Shown here piece after piece: positions 15,351 through 39,700 of a DNA stretch of 64,000 nt. The notes beneath the pieces were generated by a model. The model did no database searches, was not told the origin of the DNA, and worked only from the letters and a program-made list of their open reading frames with translations. Within the stretch, counting starts at the first letter, position 1; every line of letters starts with the position of its first letter. Source of the DNA: Balanoglossus misakiensis. Lineage: Eukaryota > Animalia > Hemichordata. Location of the stretch: NCBI GenBank assembly GCA_040954595.2, contig CM082585.2, forward strand, positions 6,411,808 through 6,475,807. Reading direction: 5' to 3'. The position numbers and the translations under genes were made by a program.

Positions 15351-15690
15351 TTTTTCGCTCTTTTCACGGTATTATCCACAGGCTGGCAGCGCTGAACGAC
15401 ACGATCCTATTTCCACAGCCTTCGGAAGCGAAATCGGTGACTAAGCTGTCATCTTCTTGAAATCAACATAGTGTGGCGCCCTCACAGGCCAGACACGACA
15501 GACAAGACGGGCGATACCATTTCACGGACAGGGGGCGTACGGAAGAGGCACTTGTACTGCAGCTGATAGGGGGATCGGGTCACGATCAGTTCACGATCAG
15601 GTACGTGCAAAGTTGTTGGGGTCAAAGTCGCACTGTAGACGGATTTTGCGATGAATATTCCCACTTGAATCCCGTCTTAAGAATTCGTGA
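15351..15690. promoter_or_regulatory. Putative bidirectional promoter / 5' UTR region of the tetraspanin (-) and TMLHE (+)
   Basis: CpG-rich patch between the tetraspanin ATG (15350, -) and a plus-strand donor gtgagt at 15687, which can splice to the acceptor 7 nt before the TMLHE ATG. Confidence 0.55.
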
Positions 15691-16374
15691 GTATGCTAAC
15701 GTAAATATCACAGTACTGTGTATGTGCCCACAGAAAATAACTTACAATCACAAAGAGAGGTAGGATGGTAGAGCCATGAGTGACTTTGGCCAATCATGGT
15801 CAGAATAATGCATGTGGTAAAATTGTGTTACTAAGTAACCAGATGGTGATGCTGAACTACTCTATTCTGTTATGCATGGAATTTGGACTTTGTACAGTAT
15901 CATTAATCATATTGTGGACGAGCTTGTGAATGTTAGTTCATATCATGAAATTGTTGTCATTTCAACACCTGTGTAGCAGAGAATGTGAGATGCACTGTAG
16001 TTATAGATATGGTAGACCAGCAGTATATAGATATCAGATATCTAAAACAGGTCCAGTGGGTTAAAGGTTAATGGTAATTAATCTCAATATTCACACACAT
16101 GTGTATGTCCATTTTATTATGTGACTGTCTGCCCAGTGGCGGCACTTTTTTATACAGCCCACAAAAATGAAGATCTCTGATTGGCTGGATCTCCAGTAAC
16201 CATGGTTTCTGTGGTGTTCAAGTAGTCATAAGTCTATGCGAATTGTATCCAGGTGCTGATGCATATACTTGTGTAGTATGGAAGCACCTGGCACTGGTAT
16301 CTGAAACTTCACAATCAACAGCTTGCATTCATTATCAAGATCCCTTTCCTCACATTGTAATTTGCAGGTGAACA

Positions 16375-19300
16375 ATGTTACCCTTACGAGCTTCAAGACG
16401 TCTCCCCATGCCAACATCCAGGCTTCTACGAAATCATCTTCGCAAATTCATCAGTCCGAAATCAACATGTGAAGTACACCCCACCGAGAACTGGACCCAT
16501 CGGGTGATTTTATCACAGACACAAGTAACCATGGCAACTGATATGTGTTCAGCGAGATGTTCCCTCTGGGTGTCCAAGCGAAGTCTACAGACAAGGTCGC
16601 GATCGTGTAATACAAGTGATGTCATCGTAAATGATAGCACAATTGAGGTAGTACATGAAGGCAGAAATCTGAGATTAAACAATGTCTGGCTGCGTGACCA
16701 CTGCAGGTGAGATTAAAATATCTGCACTTTTAAAGTGTCTCCCATTAAAATTCAACAACTATTCACAGTCTTATCACACAGATTGCTTCTATGAAGAAAA
16801 ATTGATCATTCTTAAAAAGAGAATACATGTATATTCTGACCTTTGAAGATCAAGGTCAAGGGTGACCACTTGACACTCATATAATGCAGCTGTACTTTGG
16901 CCTATAGTGCTTGAAGCCTTGTGCAAACTTTGTTATTAGGGGTTGTGTCCAAATCACGCCATCCCACATAGACTAACACCATCTGGGAAAAAAACATTCA
17001 GAACAAAATGGCACAAAGGACTGTTGTGATAATGTGAATGTGTACGGACACATCCAAGGAAATTGAAATAAATGAAAAATTTCTTTCTCATATAGTTTAC
17101 CAAATTAAATGAAGAAGATACCAGATTTTGATCATGGATTCATTGACTACCTGTTTACTGTCTGTCTGACTCTAAGGGATCAAAGGTCAATCTGACAAAA
17201 TTAGATCTTTTGCAGTATAATAAAGAAACTTTGTTTTTTCATTCAGGTGTGAAAAATGTTATGCCAAGTCAACAGACCAGAGAGAGTTTGATATCTTAAC
17301 TATATCTTTGGATATTGCACCGGAAAATGTGAAATTAGAAGGAACTAAGGGAGAGAGTCAGCTACATGTTCAATGTGAGTGCTTGTAACAGTGTTCACGA
17401 TTACACACAAAATGCACATTTTACACATTGAAATTACACAAGTAATAAATATTTCCCAGCACACTAAGAACCAATATATGGGTATATGTAAATTATACTT
17501 CACTGTGGAGAATTAATGCAAAGTAACTAGAATTTGATGTTTTATTTTATGACAGGGCCTGATGGGCACCACTCTGAGTACTCTCTCGATTGGCTGAAAA
17601 ATAATTATGGCACTGGTACAGACCAATCAGAATGGAGCAAGCAGTTGAAATTATGGGATGCACGGACGGTTAAGAAAGACATGCCAGTAGCTGTCAGTTT
17701 TGATGAGTACCTCAAAGATGATGAAAAGTTGAAGACGGTGTTGCAGAATTTGGTGACTTATGGATTCGCCTTTGTTAAGGATACACCAGCAACTATTGAA
17801 GACACGCAAGTATGTAGACTAGCCCAATAGTCGCTTGACAGTCTTTGGTCTTTATAAAGATTCTTAACTATTTTGGTTGTTTGTAGTCTCATATTTTTTT
17901 ACTCATTACCTTTCGTGTGTTTGCTTGCTTTGAGCCATTTTCAGTTACTACCCATGACTACGCTACGGGATCCCATTACTTTTGTTTTCACTCCACACAC
18001 GTTGTAGAAACTCGGAACAAAACCTGATATTTATAGAATAATTAAAGCCAGTAGACATACAGGGCAAGTCTCACAAGTATGATGATCTACCGACGAGATA
18101 CATCTGTTAATTTACATCACATTTTTTTCTGGTTCATTCGACAGAAAGTTGCAGAACGCATATCGTTCATCAGAGAAACACTGTACGGTAAAATGTGGAG
18201 TTTTTCCGCCGATCATGAATATGCAGATTCATCCTACTCCAACCAGGCCTTGAGGGCGCACACAGATACATCGTATTTCAACGAACCTGCTGGGTAAGTG
18301 ATAAGTAAGTTGGTAAGTGTGGTTGGTTGACAGCTCGTTGGGTTTGGGTGAATTGTAACTAGTGAGATGTTACTTTGTCTGATTTGGAAAATAGCTTTGT
18401 GTTGATTAGCTTGGTAGGTGATTGTTTTGCTGGCTGGCTGGCTGGCAGGGGGCAGTGTGTGGTTAAAAAGATGGAGTTTTTGAATCATGAATAGCTTGGT
18501 ACGTGTTACCGCTAGTATACTTATAGCCAGGTTTCTGTAATCTGTAACACTCTGGCATTTTACTCTCCAATGAGATTAAAATCGGTGATGGTTTTTGGCT
18601 TTGGCTGTTCTGTTCGCTGTCTTGGCTGTTATCGGGCGTAGTGTGGGTCTCCTTCCGAACAGAACAGCCAAGAATCAGCAAAAGTAAAGACGGCGCCTAA
18701 CTCTACATCTGTACATTGTTATGTTCATATACAATTAGACTGTGAGTGACTTTGTTGAGATTTGTAACCTGGAATATTGTTTGCCTTGTTGGCAGTATCC
18801 AAGTTTTCCACTGCCTGGAACATTCCGGCGATGGAGGGGAGACTTTACTCGTAGACGGGTTCAACGCAGCACACAAACTGAAGGACCAACATCCAGAATT
18901 CTATCAAATACTGAGCGAAGTCCGACTGAATCACTGCTACATCGATCACATAAATAATTTACATACTGAAGGTCGAGGACCCATACTGCATCATCACCCG
19001 ATCACAAATGAATTGATGTGTATAAGGTAAGCTGTGTCTTTCTGGGGTTGTTTTTTTTCAAAAAACTTTCGTGGGCAAAAAAAAAAAAAAATTATGTGGT
19101 TACAATAACCTGGTTCCAGTAACCGACCCTAAACTTTTTAGAGCTAAAACATGCATTTATAAGTCGTAATTTACATGAAATTATTATTTACATGAAATTA
19201 GCATCAAAAATAAAATTGCAAGATCTGGTGAGTGGGAGGTGTTAATCAATCTTATTTGATTTTTTGAAACCTATGATTACAGCTAATAAAAACTTGCAAA

Positions 19301-19699
19301 ATAAACATTCCTGTCCGATATGATCAATTTTTGACAAGCCTGTTATCAGAACCGCACTATTTTTTTCACTCCAGGTCTTGTGTGAAGTCAGTTCCGACCA
19401 TGATTTCTAATTATGTACTTTACAGATTCAACACCTATGACCGTGGTACCATCACGCACCTGGACACAGACCAGCTGACCAAATTCTACAACGCCCTAGT
19501 CGCATACGCCAAGGAAGTAGCCACGCCCGCCAACGAGCTGTGGATCAAGCTATGGCCTGGGAACGTGCTAATGGTCGACAACTGGCGACTTCTTCACGGT
19601 CGGTCTTCATACACAGGTTACAGACAGGTGTGCGGGTGTTACCTACCGAGAGACGATCTCCACAGTCGGTACAGAACGTTACTTGGTATCCAAGTGTAA
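16375..19699 (+). CDS. TMLHE: Trimethyllysine dioxygenase (carnitine biosynthesis, Fe/2OG dioxygenase), 6 coding exons: 16375-16706, 17247-17374, 17556-17809, 18145-18293, 18796-19026, 19426-19699 (1368 nt, 455 aa)
   Basis: GT-AG junctions with consistent phases. R/S/L-rich N-terminus resembles a mitochondrial presequence. Motifs WLRDHCRC..C, AHTDTSYFNEPAG (HxD), GGETLLVDGF and DNWRLLHGRSSYTGYRQVCGCYL. HTDTSYF fits TMLHE rather than BBOX1 (HTDYP). A probable non-coding first exon ends at the gtgagt donor at 15687, with an acceptor at 16367. Confidence 0.92.
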
Positions 19700-20009
19700 C
19701 AGAAATGGATTCTGTTAATTTCAAACATTTCAGGGAGTAATATAGATGTTTTAATTCAACAAAGGGGTTATTTTATTCATATAACTCTTATTATGAAATT
19801 TTAAAGACTTTACACTGTATTGTATAATGGCATACATATCTGAAGTCTTATGGCATATTAACATGTGCAATTCTATTTTCAAGATGGCTGCTGTATGGAA
19901 CAATCCTCACTCGTCCTAGATTTTAACCAATGCAGCTGAATGTGATTCTGCATTAAGATTTAAGGATCACCATGTGGTCCAAAAGCTTTTACTCTTCTGC
20001 ATTTATAAA

Positions 20010-20015
20010 AATAAA
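20010..20015 (+). terminator. Candidate TMLHE polyadenylation signal (alternative at 20686-20691)
   Basis: First AATAAA noticed after the stop codon at 19699. Confidence 0.45.
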
Positions 20016-20809
20016 TTGATTTATTGTCAGTCACACTGACAGCACTGGATGCAAGTCATTGCCATGGTTACAACATTTTCAGTAATCTGTCATTTAAACA
20101 TGAAATTAAGTGCAATATGCGAGTGAGAAGTTAAATATTTCAAACTGTCCTTTGACTTCTGTGTCTGATCTAGCTGCACTAATTGTGTAGCCTTGGTGAG
20201 CTGGTCGATCGCTGACAGGGTCTCGGCGATCAAACCAATCGTCAGTGATCAACCAGCCCACCAAGGCTACAATTATTGCAGCTATTTCTGGTAATGACTG
20301 GATCACAATTTCAAGTGCTTTTCAACTTGGACCGATGTATTGTGCGTTTTGGAAGCATCGTTGTTTTGTCAGAACATGAAAATCACTTTTTTTAGAATGT
20401 ATGGTTGGGTCAGTTTCTAAATATGCCAAGGATACAATAGTTATGGTGCATGCTGAACCATATTTCTTCCATCAGTCAGTTGTGAATAAGGTGTAATTGT
20501 CAAGCCCACTACTGAGTAAAATGCACACAGACTCTGCAGGGTACCGTCCATGGAAAATGTATGCTGCAGTAATGACATGATACACAGGGGTCGGCACATA
20601 CGACTGGACCATTTTCTGGTAATATTCAAGGGTTAACTTTTCAATGACAGTTTCACACAGTGAATGCTGCGCAAGCTTTGAAAAAAATAAAGATTCATAT
20701 TTTAAAAACATCTTTTGTACATCAGTTGTGAAGTTCAGTTCGTACTACCCCAAGGACTTGCCAACTAACAACAAACACAACACAATTTTTTTTATAATAT
20801 CTACAACAA

Positions 20810-20815
20810 TTTATT
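20810..20815 (-). terminator. Candidate MCM7 polyadenylation signal
   Basis: AATAAA on the minus strand, followed by GU-rich sequence (ttgtgttgtgtttgttg), about 850 nt after the stop. Confidence 0.5.
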
Positions 20816-21665
20816 GACAATTCTTCATCAGAAAACAACTCTAGTACCACTTTTATCAATCAAAGTTCAATATTTGGCAAAACACCAACTTACACTTGGA
20901 ACAAATCTATCTTATTTTATGCATATTCTATTTTCTATCAAAATATCAATATCTGTTCAATGGTAAACAAGTAAAATATATTAATTTTTAATAGCAGAAG
21001 GTGCTTGGTCTTTGGAAATAGACTTTCATGTTACAATATTTCACTGACTGAAAATACAACTATGGGATTGTACCCTCTACAACTAGAGATGCTAATTAAA
21101 AAAGCAATAGAAAATGTCCAGATCACATCATTTACACTCCAAATATTTCAAGACATCAAAAAAAAACTTTCGTATTTGCACAACAAATCTCAGTAGGATG
21201 CAATGTCAGAATTATTCCTGATTTTGTGGACTTGGAACTGAACGTGTTCTGACACTAAGACAAGTCAACAGATGGAAAATGGAACTTAACACTGGTGTCT
21301 GGAAAGTTGATGTTGGTGCCATTTCTGTCGACTATCGTAATACTGCACTGCAGTATGCGTTTAGCCCCAGTGGTTAAGTTTTCAGGAGAGACCAGTTTGG
21401 GAATTAAAGGTTGCTTATCTTGGAACATGACACGCGCTTTCATACGGTAATTTCCACCATGTCCACCAGATCACATTTTGCGGGCTGCGAGGCCAAGTCA
21501 GACACTGAGCATGTAGTAACTGACACAAGTGTTTTGTAGCAAAACAAAAATCGTATCACGGTTTTGGTCAAGCGAAACAGAAGGGAAGACGACCAAAACT
21601 GATGAACTCAAAATCATTGCATCTCTCGCCTGGCAGTGTGATTTCAATCAAACGGGCTCAGTCGT

Positions 21666-33851
<12,186 letters not shown>

Positions 33852-34030
33852 CTTGGATTGAACTTTTTAAAAGTTTCCTTGCGCGTCTGAAGGCGTGAAT
33901 AGCTAACAGATGAACCGCTGTCGGTCTGGAGCGGGGACTGGGTTGTATTTTACGGAAAAGCGTCCACGGAAGCTTACCACAACAACTGTCTCCGAAGGTC
34001 AGTGTGATTCACAAATACTGTCAATTCTGA

Positions 34031-34110
34031 AAATGGCGCGAAAGTTTGACCATGTGATAAGGTGAAATAACGCGATAACATCGCGAGATCAGCGAAAACC
34101 CCGCGAAAAT
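34031..34110 (-). promoter_or_regulatory. MCM7 promoter with E2F-type sites
   Basis: TTTCGCGCC (34043-34035) and TTTCGCGG (34108-34101) lie about 180-260 bp upstream of the MCM7 ATG in a CpG-rich patch. MCM genes are canonical E2F targets. Confidence 0.6.
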
Positions 34111-34953
34111 GTGGCATATACCATTTACACAGGGGAGGAGATTGTCCATGAGGGTGTCGATCGAGTCAAATCAAGTTTGACGTTCAATACGTTTCCTAAA
34201 ACATTTAACACTTGCTTGCAATACCATTTGCAACAGTTTTATGTAATTATAGATGGAATTTTGCTCTTACAAAACATCGTGCTGTGCGCCGATTACGATT
34301 AGTTTAGATTCGTCGCTCGTGGCGCTCTACATGACCATCTCCCTGTTGGATCTCCATTTGAAGTGGAGACTTTGGACTTGGATTGTTTTTTTCTTTTTCT
34401 ACGTGTAAGTTATAGTGGCTTTTTTAACGTGTTTATTACTTTGCGGAGGAGTCGCTTGCACAATAATTTTCACGGTTGCTCATGAAGACAGTTTGAAACC
34501 TCCAAGCCAGGAGAAAGTTTGGAGGCGCAGTGTTGAAAACGACTTTGACCAACTTTTGAGAAACACCAAGGCCTACTAGTTGCATAAAATATCTGAAAAG
34601 TTTACTAGTATGCAAATGCTATTTGGTCAAACATTCTCTTAAGCAAAGTTCACTATTTCAAACCCCTTTTGCGAAAAAAGAAACGTCAATTCTCCCTTTC
34701 AATTTTATCTTGGACGTGGGAGATTTTAAAGTCGGTGGTTTGATAATTGCGTTTTGATCTACAGGTGATTTTGCCAGGGGGCTCTGGTAACTCTTTCGCG
34801 TATTACCACGCTTTATATTTTCACGGTCTTTCTGGAATTTCAGTGGAGCATACTCCCTCTGTAAAGACGGAATGCAGTACTTTACCGAGTACTATTGTCC
34901 CTGGAAGTATTTCGACTCGCTCCAAGTCCGTCATGACAGATACGCGTTTGTAG

Positions 34954-35132
34954 TTAGGGAAGAACCATTTGATTTCTGGAGGGGGGTATACGATTTGGGT
35001 ATGCCAGCATTTGTTGCCACTGACTGTTTTTTCTATTGCCAGTCCTACTACTTTGTGTCCCAAGGCATCACAAAAGATCCGCACAATCTGTCAACCCCCC
35101 CCCAAAAAAAAATCCTCCAAACGGTTCTCCTA
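34954..35132. mobile_element. MITE family B, degenerate copy in the MCM7-glypican intergenic region
   Basis: tta-GGGAAGAACCATTTGATTTC...CAAACGGTTCTCC-ta, the same TIR as the 61706 copy. Confidence 0.6.
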
Positions 35133-36715
35133 GTGTAGTAGTGATACATATGACTCGAGACGCAGCTTTTTAATTTCAAATTCGCATCACTAAACTAAGA
35201 ATTCACTTTATTTGCATAAACTCTGTTCTGTCCTGGTTACGACTGTGAAGTCAAGTGATGTACTGCGTGCGGCAAGTGTCACGACAAACATTTAATGTAC
35301 CATAAATAAAAGTATTTTCTTGATCATCATCATTCACTCACGTGTTTGTTTGAATCATCTACCGATTGCGCAACATCCAGTTCCGATTACATTTCAGCCG
35401 ATAGGAAGTATGTTTGTGTCGTTACATCTGTTGACAAAAAGTCATGTCGCAACCTTGAAAAGTTTCACCAGTAAATGTACTTCTTTTCAGAAGAGAAAAT
35501 TCCGATAAACTTATCACTGAACTTGTTCGGCGAAATATACGCCCACCCACCCAAAGTTACGTAAAGTTATTGGGATTACCAATAGAACTTTTGAAGATAA
35601 TAAACTTTATGGCTAAATTTACGTATAATGATTTGAAAACGATGAAGATGTGTGTGATCTTATCTGATCTGGTCTAATCTAAGTACAAACGTTAAAACTT
35701 CCGATGATAATGGTCCCTTCAGCCTTTATGGGTTGTTGTACACCTGTCCACGTAGATTGTTACCGATACCATTACAAACAGGTAAATATATTTGTACTGT
35801 ACCAAAACCCTGACTTCCTGCTAGATAAATATTTTTAAGGTCATAATTTCAGCAATCGTGACCGTTTCGTGACTAAAAAGTTAGGAATGCATAATCGATG
35901 TCCTGTGTACCGTACCTAGCTAGGCCCTATGGTCGGAAAATTATTCGCCCAACTACATGTTTTGATTGTGTTTTTCAAGTTAATAAGTTCCCAACTTCCC
36001 CCCGGAACATATTGTTCTGGGGATTTCCAGGTATGTATGGCCATTACGTTTCAGACTTTTTATAGGTCTTTGTTATTTCAAATCACAGAGGCCGGGTAAT
36101 TCATGCACGCATCCCTTTACTTTTTTAGATTGACTGGTTTGGTTGACGTATACCAAAATTTGAGTTTCTACAAAGATTATAGGTGTGTTTGACAGTGGAA
36201 TAGTTTCATCGTGATCCGTAAGTGCTAACAACACTTCTTGTACTTGTACCAAAACCTGTACAACGCCACCAACTCACTTTAGTGAGCTCACTCAGAGAAA
36301 ACTTCTGTCCCGGGCAAGAGTTGAATTGTCTGGGGGGATCGCGCATAGCTCTCCGCTGATACTTTACGCACACTTGGACCCGGCGCTTACGTCATTTCGA
36401 GTTTTAAATTACCGACTTGGCGTGGGACTTTTTGCTTCGCTGTAACTATTGTTGTTTACACTTGTAGAGTGGTGTGTGTGTATTTCGCTGTGTTGGTACA
36501 TGTACACATCGTCCTTATATGGAAACAGCGTTGTGAAATCGACAACAGAGTCAACCAATCAAACTGGAGAGCGTCCGCCCCATGTATGTTGCTGTCTGCC
36601 TACTTCCGCACTACCAAAATTATTAACGTTTGTACCGTTGCACTGGCTGAGATCGCCTGACTTTTTTGTTGTCCTTTTCGTGATTTAGTGATCTAGAACT
36701 CTCAGAGAATAAGCC

Positions 36716-39700
36716 ATGTTTGGAATTTGGCGGTGTACGGTGTTTTTGTGCGTCGCGATGACCGTTTCGGCGGCCCAGGAGTTATATTCGTGCTACGATG
36801 TCCAACAAGCGTTTGTTAAAAAGGGCATGGGATCCAGTCATCTGATACCGAGGACACCACTAACCGGTAAATACAATCATATTTATATTTTCCTGTGTGT
36901 GTAACATTATCTGCGATTGCCCTATCAAATAGAAAGGTGTCTAACCAATAATGACCTGTATTATCTTTATATTTAGAGGAAAATTTAAAAGTTTGTTCCA
37001 ACTCGAAAACTTGTTGTACCAAGCGAGTGGAAGAAAAGTTCTTACAGCAAGCCAAGATAGATTTTCGGAGCTCGGTGGAACTTCAGAGCGCCTACACGAA
37101 ATCGCTGATCTCCACGAATTCTGTAAAATACCAAGGTATGTGCGTCATTTTCCGATCCCTGACTGAATCATAGTTTATTGGCGGGGCATTTTCTCTGAAC
37201 AAACTGTGGCGTGTTTTGATTGTGTACTGTACACAAGGGTCACGCCGTCCTACAGTGTGTGTAAACGAATGAAGTGTGACACCGACCAATCGAATATAAA
37301 AACAGCCGTTCACTGCATATCGGCGATCGGCTGCGATTTCACCCTCCCAGCTTAGAAGATCTGTTCGCCGTGTGTCTAAAATTAACTCGGTGTGTCTGGA
37401 ATACTAGCCAGGCCGATCCCACCAGTTATTACCTCACGAGCCCCGCGGCAAGTAACTGAATGCCTGTCATTTTTTAGTCGCAATACACAGAGCTGTGTGG
37501 TTCTCCTGTCTCGACTAGACTGGACTGCGTTATCGGGGAGCCAGTGTTTGCGTGTAATCGGACTTTCATGTTTGTATCAGGGTTTGCGTGTTTCAAAAGC
37601 CTGAGATAAAGTGGCCGGGCTGGCGACGTTTCGGCGTCTGAATAGATTGGCTGCTAACGGATTTCGGTGGGTGTGTTCTCCCATTCACACCGGCATTTTC
37701 ACTTAATTTGTTGGCATAATTAGCTTTCAATGCATGGCATTACCAAGTCTTTTTGTTGGCTCCCACAAAAGGAAAGTGGTTACCGAATTTTCATCTGGGC
37801 ATTCTGTGCGTCTCTTTCAATTTTGGCCAATTTGGAAAGAAGCGGACTTGACTAAGTAGACTTCAGATTTGTAAAAAAAAAAAAACACCCCCAGTATGCA
37901 AAAAACACATCACATCTTTGTTCAATACACAAAAAGTGATCATTTCAAAGAATGCTGCACTCCAAAAGCCTACCTAAACAGAGAAATCAGTTTTCATACA
38001 CTTCTGTACAAGATCTGACCATTTGATACGAAATATACCCTTGTATGGCCATTGTCAAGGTAACCTGGACCAAGACCATTTCAGGACATAAACAGAGAAT
38101 CTATTAAGGATTATAGCCTCAGACTGGGATTTCCCTGCTGTGAGAAATAAATGATCTATTTGCTCTAATAATAAATATAGACTTGATTTACCCCAAATTT
38201 AACCTGAAGTGTTAGTCCAAAAATAATCACTTCCTTACTTAATATAGATAAAGGTGGAGAGCCTCTGACTTTTGACCAGACTTTTGACAATTATTTTTGT
38301 TTTCCTATGAGCAATGATTTATGTTGCTCAGTACGCTCAAATGTTCTGACTTGTTGGCCTGTGTACTTTGATACTCAATATAATAGACTCATGACATGAA
38401 CACTTTGGTGACATATTTTTTTTATTTGAACTGTAAATTGTTTCATCAAAAGGAGAGCCACAGCAACCTCCAAATCAGTATGTTCCAGAAAGCAAAATGA
38501 ATATCCTTTCAAAAAAGGCCAATGTTTCATTAAAGCCTCAATAGCTTCCACCTTTATTGTAGAGATTCTAATGGCTATTTTCACATACACATGTACCACA
38601 GTACTTGTGTACTCTTGCAAGGGTGGCTGAATAAGCGGGTGTATCACCCATTTATTATTTATTCAGCTACAATCAGAGGTTGATAATATGTTTGTTTATA
38701 CCCATCAGTAAGCTCATTTACAGGAATCATTCTCAAGTTTGAAAGTAAAATAATGTAAATAAATGGCAGCTATTGGGGCTTTAATATACAAAAAGTAGCA
38801 AATTGCCCCCTTAAACCTCTTTAGATTGAACCAAACTGCACAGGAAGTATTTATTTCAAATTAAATGCATATGATGAATGTCAAATAGTAAAAGCGGTGA
38901 CTACATCAAGAAAGCTTTGTCCGAAACACCCAGACATTTAGTGCATTCATGTGTATGGTCATTTTCCCCATTTCCTACAATTAGATACAAATAGCTGGTT
39001 CATACAGCACATTGCATTCAGCCTTGGTGAAAATGTAGACAGTATTTCAATCCATCGATTTTGACTTCCTTGATGGACAGTCACTTTACCTCTTTTCAAG
39101 TCAATTTCTTAAACCCCTCCCCCCCTCACAATTATTTCTTTTGAACCCCTCCTCACTGACAGCAGTGTTGGACTACCTCCTCTGAAGCTCACATGAACCC
39201 CCCCCCCCTTCTCAATTAGTTTCCTATTGATGACGAAAGGAGTCCAGCTGAAAACAGCTTTGAAAATAATGCTTCGACTGAATTCCTGTTAGTTATAACA
39301 GAAAACTTCAGTACCTCCCCTCCCCTCCCCATAAATCCTCCCTCCCCTCATAGCTGACTCTGTTGAAGCCCACCCCATTGACTATCCACCCCTCCTCATT
39401 CCCTCCCCCCCTCTCTCCCACACTTAATTCAAATCAATGAACAAAGAATACATTCGCTCACAACAGCTTGAGTTGCTTTCGTTATTTTATACAATACTAA
39501 TTCAATTTGGTGAATTTGAATAACCAGCAGTTATATAGCAAACGCATCAGAATTGGGCGTATGGTATAAGGGTGAATTTAATTCAAATAGTAACACAGAT
39601 AACGTTTCTGTAACTCATTCATACGGAAACACAAATGACCAGATTCACAGAAAATGACTCAAATCACAGACTTGAATAAAGTCTAGCCCCCCCCCCCTCC

